DNA of 40,471 nucleotides from an uncultured Thiotrichales bacterium (GTDB lineage Bacteria; Pseudomonadota; Gammaproteobacteria; GCA-2400775): NCBI GenBank assembly GCA_964447985.1, contig CAYUVE010000002.1, positions 1 to 40,471 of the forward strand, read 5' to 3'. Shown piece by piece: positions 38,829 to 40,471 of this stretch (position 1 is its first letter; each line of letters starts with the position of its first letter). The notes under the pieces were generated by a model. It saw only the letters and a program-made list of their open reading frames with translations, ran no database searches and was not told where the DNA came from. The position numbers and the translations under genes were made by a program.

Positions 38829-39310
38829 CCCATTCTGAACCCTGAAGTTCAGACCCTTATATATAGAAGACGTATAACTATGCTGTCATTATTATGTTTT
38901 AGGACAGCTACGTTATTCTAGCGACTAGGCATCCCGAAAGTATGTAGGATATTTCTGACTTATTTGTAATCCAACATGAAAAAACAAAGACTTATCGACA
39001 CTGTGTATGAATTCCGTTGTGTTCTCTTCTCGAATAGACGCTTTATAGCTTTTTCGTCAATGAAGTATCTTATAATCGCTCTTTTTCGATGCCTACGATT
39101 ATTCATGTACTTAGATCACACACAAAACTAAGAGCTATCAGGTGTGCATTCCCAAAAACTGGGGAATCAGGAACTGAGCTTATCCTAATCGAATCACCTT
39201 TATATCGAAGATACAAATCTACTGCATAACCAAGGAAAATTTATAATTGGTTTAGTAAAATTAGTTAGCACACTAATTATTAATGCATACAAATAATAAT
39301 TTATTCTCAG

Positions 39311-40279
39311 TTAGTGACCAGCATTTGGACTTATCGCAGGTGCTAATTTATAACTATTGCGCTTACCGTTACATAACACTCCCAGTCGATATAAACTTCT
39401 CATAACCTCCTGAATGACTCTGAAATCAAGTTTATAGTGTGATTTTATGTCACGTACTACAGGCGCGGTCTTTCCGCAGAGAATATCACTGATTAACCGA
39501 ACCGCCTGTTCTTGCTGTTTTTCATTCGGATATGCATAGACTTTTGCCTTTTCCTCTGCTGCAAATTGCTGCACATCTTTACGGTCTGGTTTGAGTTTTA
39601 AATCCTTCACCAGGCTAAGCATTCCAAGCGTGCTAATTTCCAACAAAAAACTTAATAAGCCATAGCTTAGCAAACGAATAGTGCGCGCATCTGCTCCCAT
39701 AAAATTACTTATGCTATGGAAGAACTGTGTTGTTGCAACATGTGGTGCAATAGCATCTTCGCTAAGATTGGACAGGCTTGCTATCTTTACTGATAACTCT
39801 GTTTTCAATTGGGCGATCTTCTCCGCAATCGCATCTGCCTTCGCCCACTCAGAGTGATAAGTGCTACCCAAACGCCTACTAATCAATATCTCTTGATGTC
39901 TAATTTGGTTTTCTATATTTTCTATATCTGCTTGAAGACTGATGTATTCACTGGTATGAGTCTTAGCCGATTCTAAAAGCGAAAGCTCTGAAGAAATTAA
40001 GTACGCGCAACTCGCGAGCCAAGAAAAAATCATTAATAGCAAGCTAAGCAATAGAAAAAATAAGCTATTTCCCTTTTTTAGCCAAAAAAGATATTTTCCT
40101 GCATCAATACATGCGCCAATCAATAAAAATATTGTTAACAATAAGAATGATGACGTTACTCCTTTAGTCTGCCATAAATCATCTGTTGTTATCCCTGATA
40201 GCGAAAACGCAAATAAAGCAGTCAATGCCATACTAGTCAGACAAAATATATATTGCGTAATTTGGGCAAAATGTATCAT
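39311..40279 (-). CDS. Hypothetical membrane protein (3 TM, coiled coil, TM, possible C-terminal winged helix)
   Basis: 322-aa ORF with hydrophobic segments, a heptad-rich middle and a basic helix-turn-helix-like tail (APVVRDIKSHYKLDFRVIQEVMRSLYRLGVL..KRNSYKL). Confidence 0.7.
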   Translation of the reverse strand: MIHFAQITQYIFCLTSMALTALFAFSLSGITTDDLWQTKGVTSSFLLLTIFLLIGACIDAGKYLFWLKKGNSLFFLLLSLLLMIFSWLASCAYLISSELSLLESAKTHTSEYISLQADIENIENQIRHQEILISRRLGSTYHSEWAKADAIAEKIAQLKTELSVKIASLSNLSEDAIAPHVATTQFFHSISNFMGADARTIRLLSYGLLSFLLEISTLGMLSLVKDLKLKPDRKDVQQFAAEEKAKVYAYPNEKQQEQAVRLISDILCGKTAPVVRDIKSHYKLDFRVIQEVMRSLYRLGVLCNGKRNSYKLAPAISPNAGH

Positions 40280-40471
40280 CTATAAATTTGATTTTTATCT
40301 TAAGCACCAAATTTGACACAAGCAATTTTTTTCTGTGACAAGTAATTTTTTCTTTTAAAAAGAAAATATGTGTGCCATTTCATAGATTTTATTTCCATTA
40401 AGCACTATTTAATAAATATATCACTGCTGTCCCATTAACAGGAGATAGAGAGGCTTAAATCACATCTGATT

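Larger units (their letters stand above)
13729..40471. mobile_element. Putative genomic island inserted at tRNA-fMet (metY); far end and integrase not in this window
   Basis: tRNA 3'-end fragment with an inverted-repeat core at 13729-13750, then an abrupt switch from core genes to defence and T1SS cargo with AT-rich spacers. No integrase is seen, so the extent is inferred. Confidence 0.6.

Overview
A gammaproteobacterial chromosome window in two parts. Bases 1-13.7 kb are core genome: glpQ-like phosphodiesterase, rhodanese, an orphan MotA/MotB-like stator pair with a Sel1 gene, and the minus-strand rimP-nusA-infB-rbfA-truB-rpsO-pnp operon. Where the initiator tRNA (metY) normally sits upstream of rimP, there is an 89-nt tRNA-fMet-like chimera with its own promoter. 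It keeps the acceptor stem and CCA end but has no CAU anticodon arm, which reads as a genomic island junction. The accessory region runs from about 13.75 kb to the window end. It holds a tightly linked three-gene cassette: a UG/Abi(DRT)-like reverse transcriptase, a SIR2-APAZ NADase and a short prokaryotic Argonaute (SPARSA), bracketed by a degenerate inverted motif pair. It also holds a type I secretion locus: HlyB, HlyD, two paralogous lipoprotein genes (one frameshifted in a poly-A run) and a ~4,700-aa RTX/cadherin-repeat protein. The best candidate for an undescribed system is the RT-linked SPARSA operon. All family calls come from motifs read by eye; no database searches were run.
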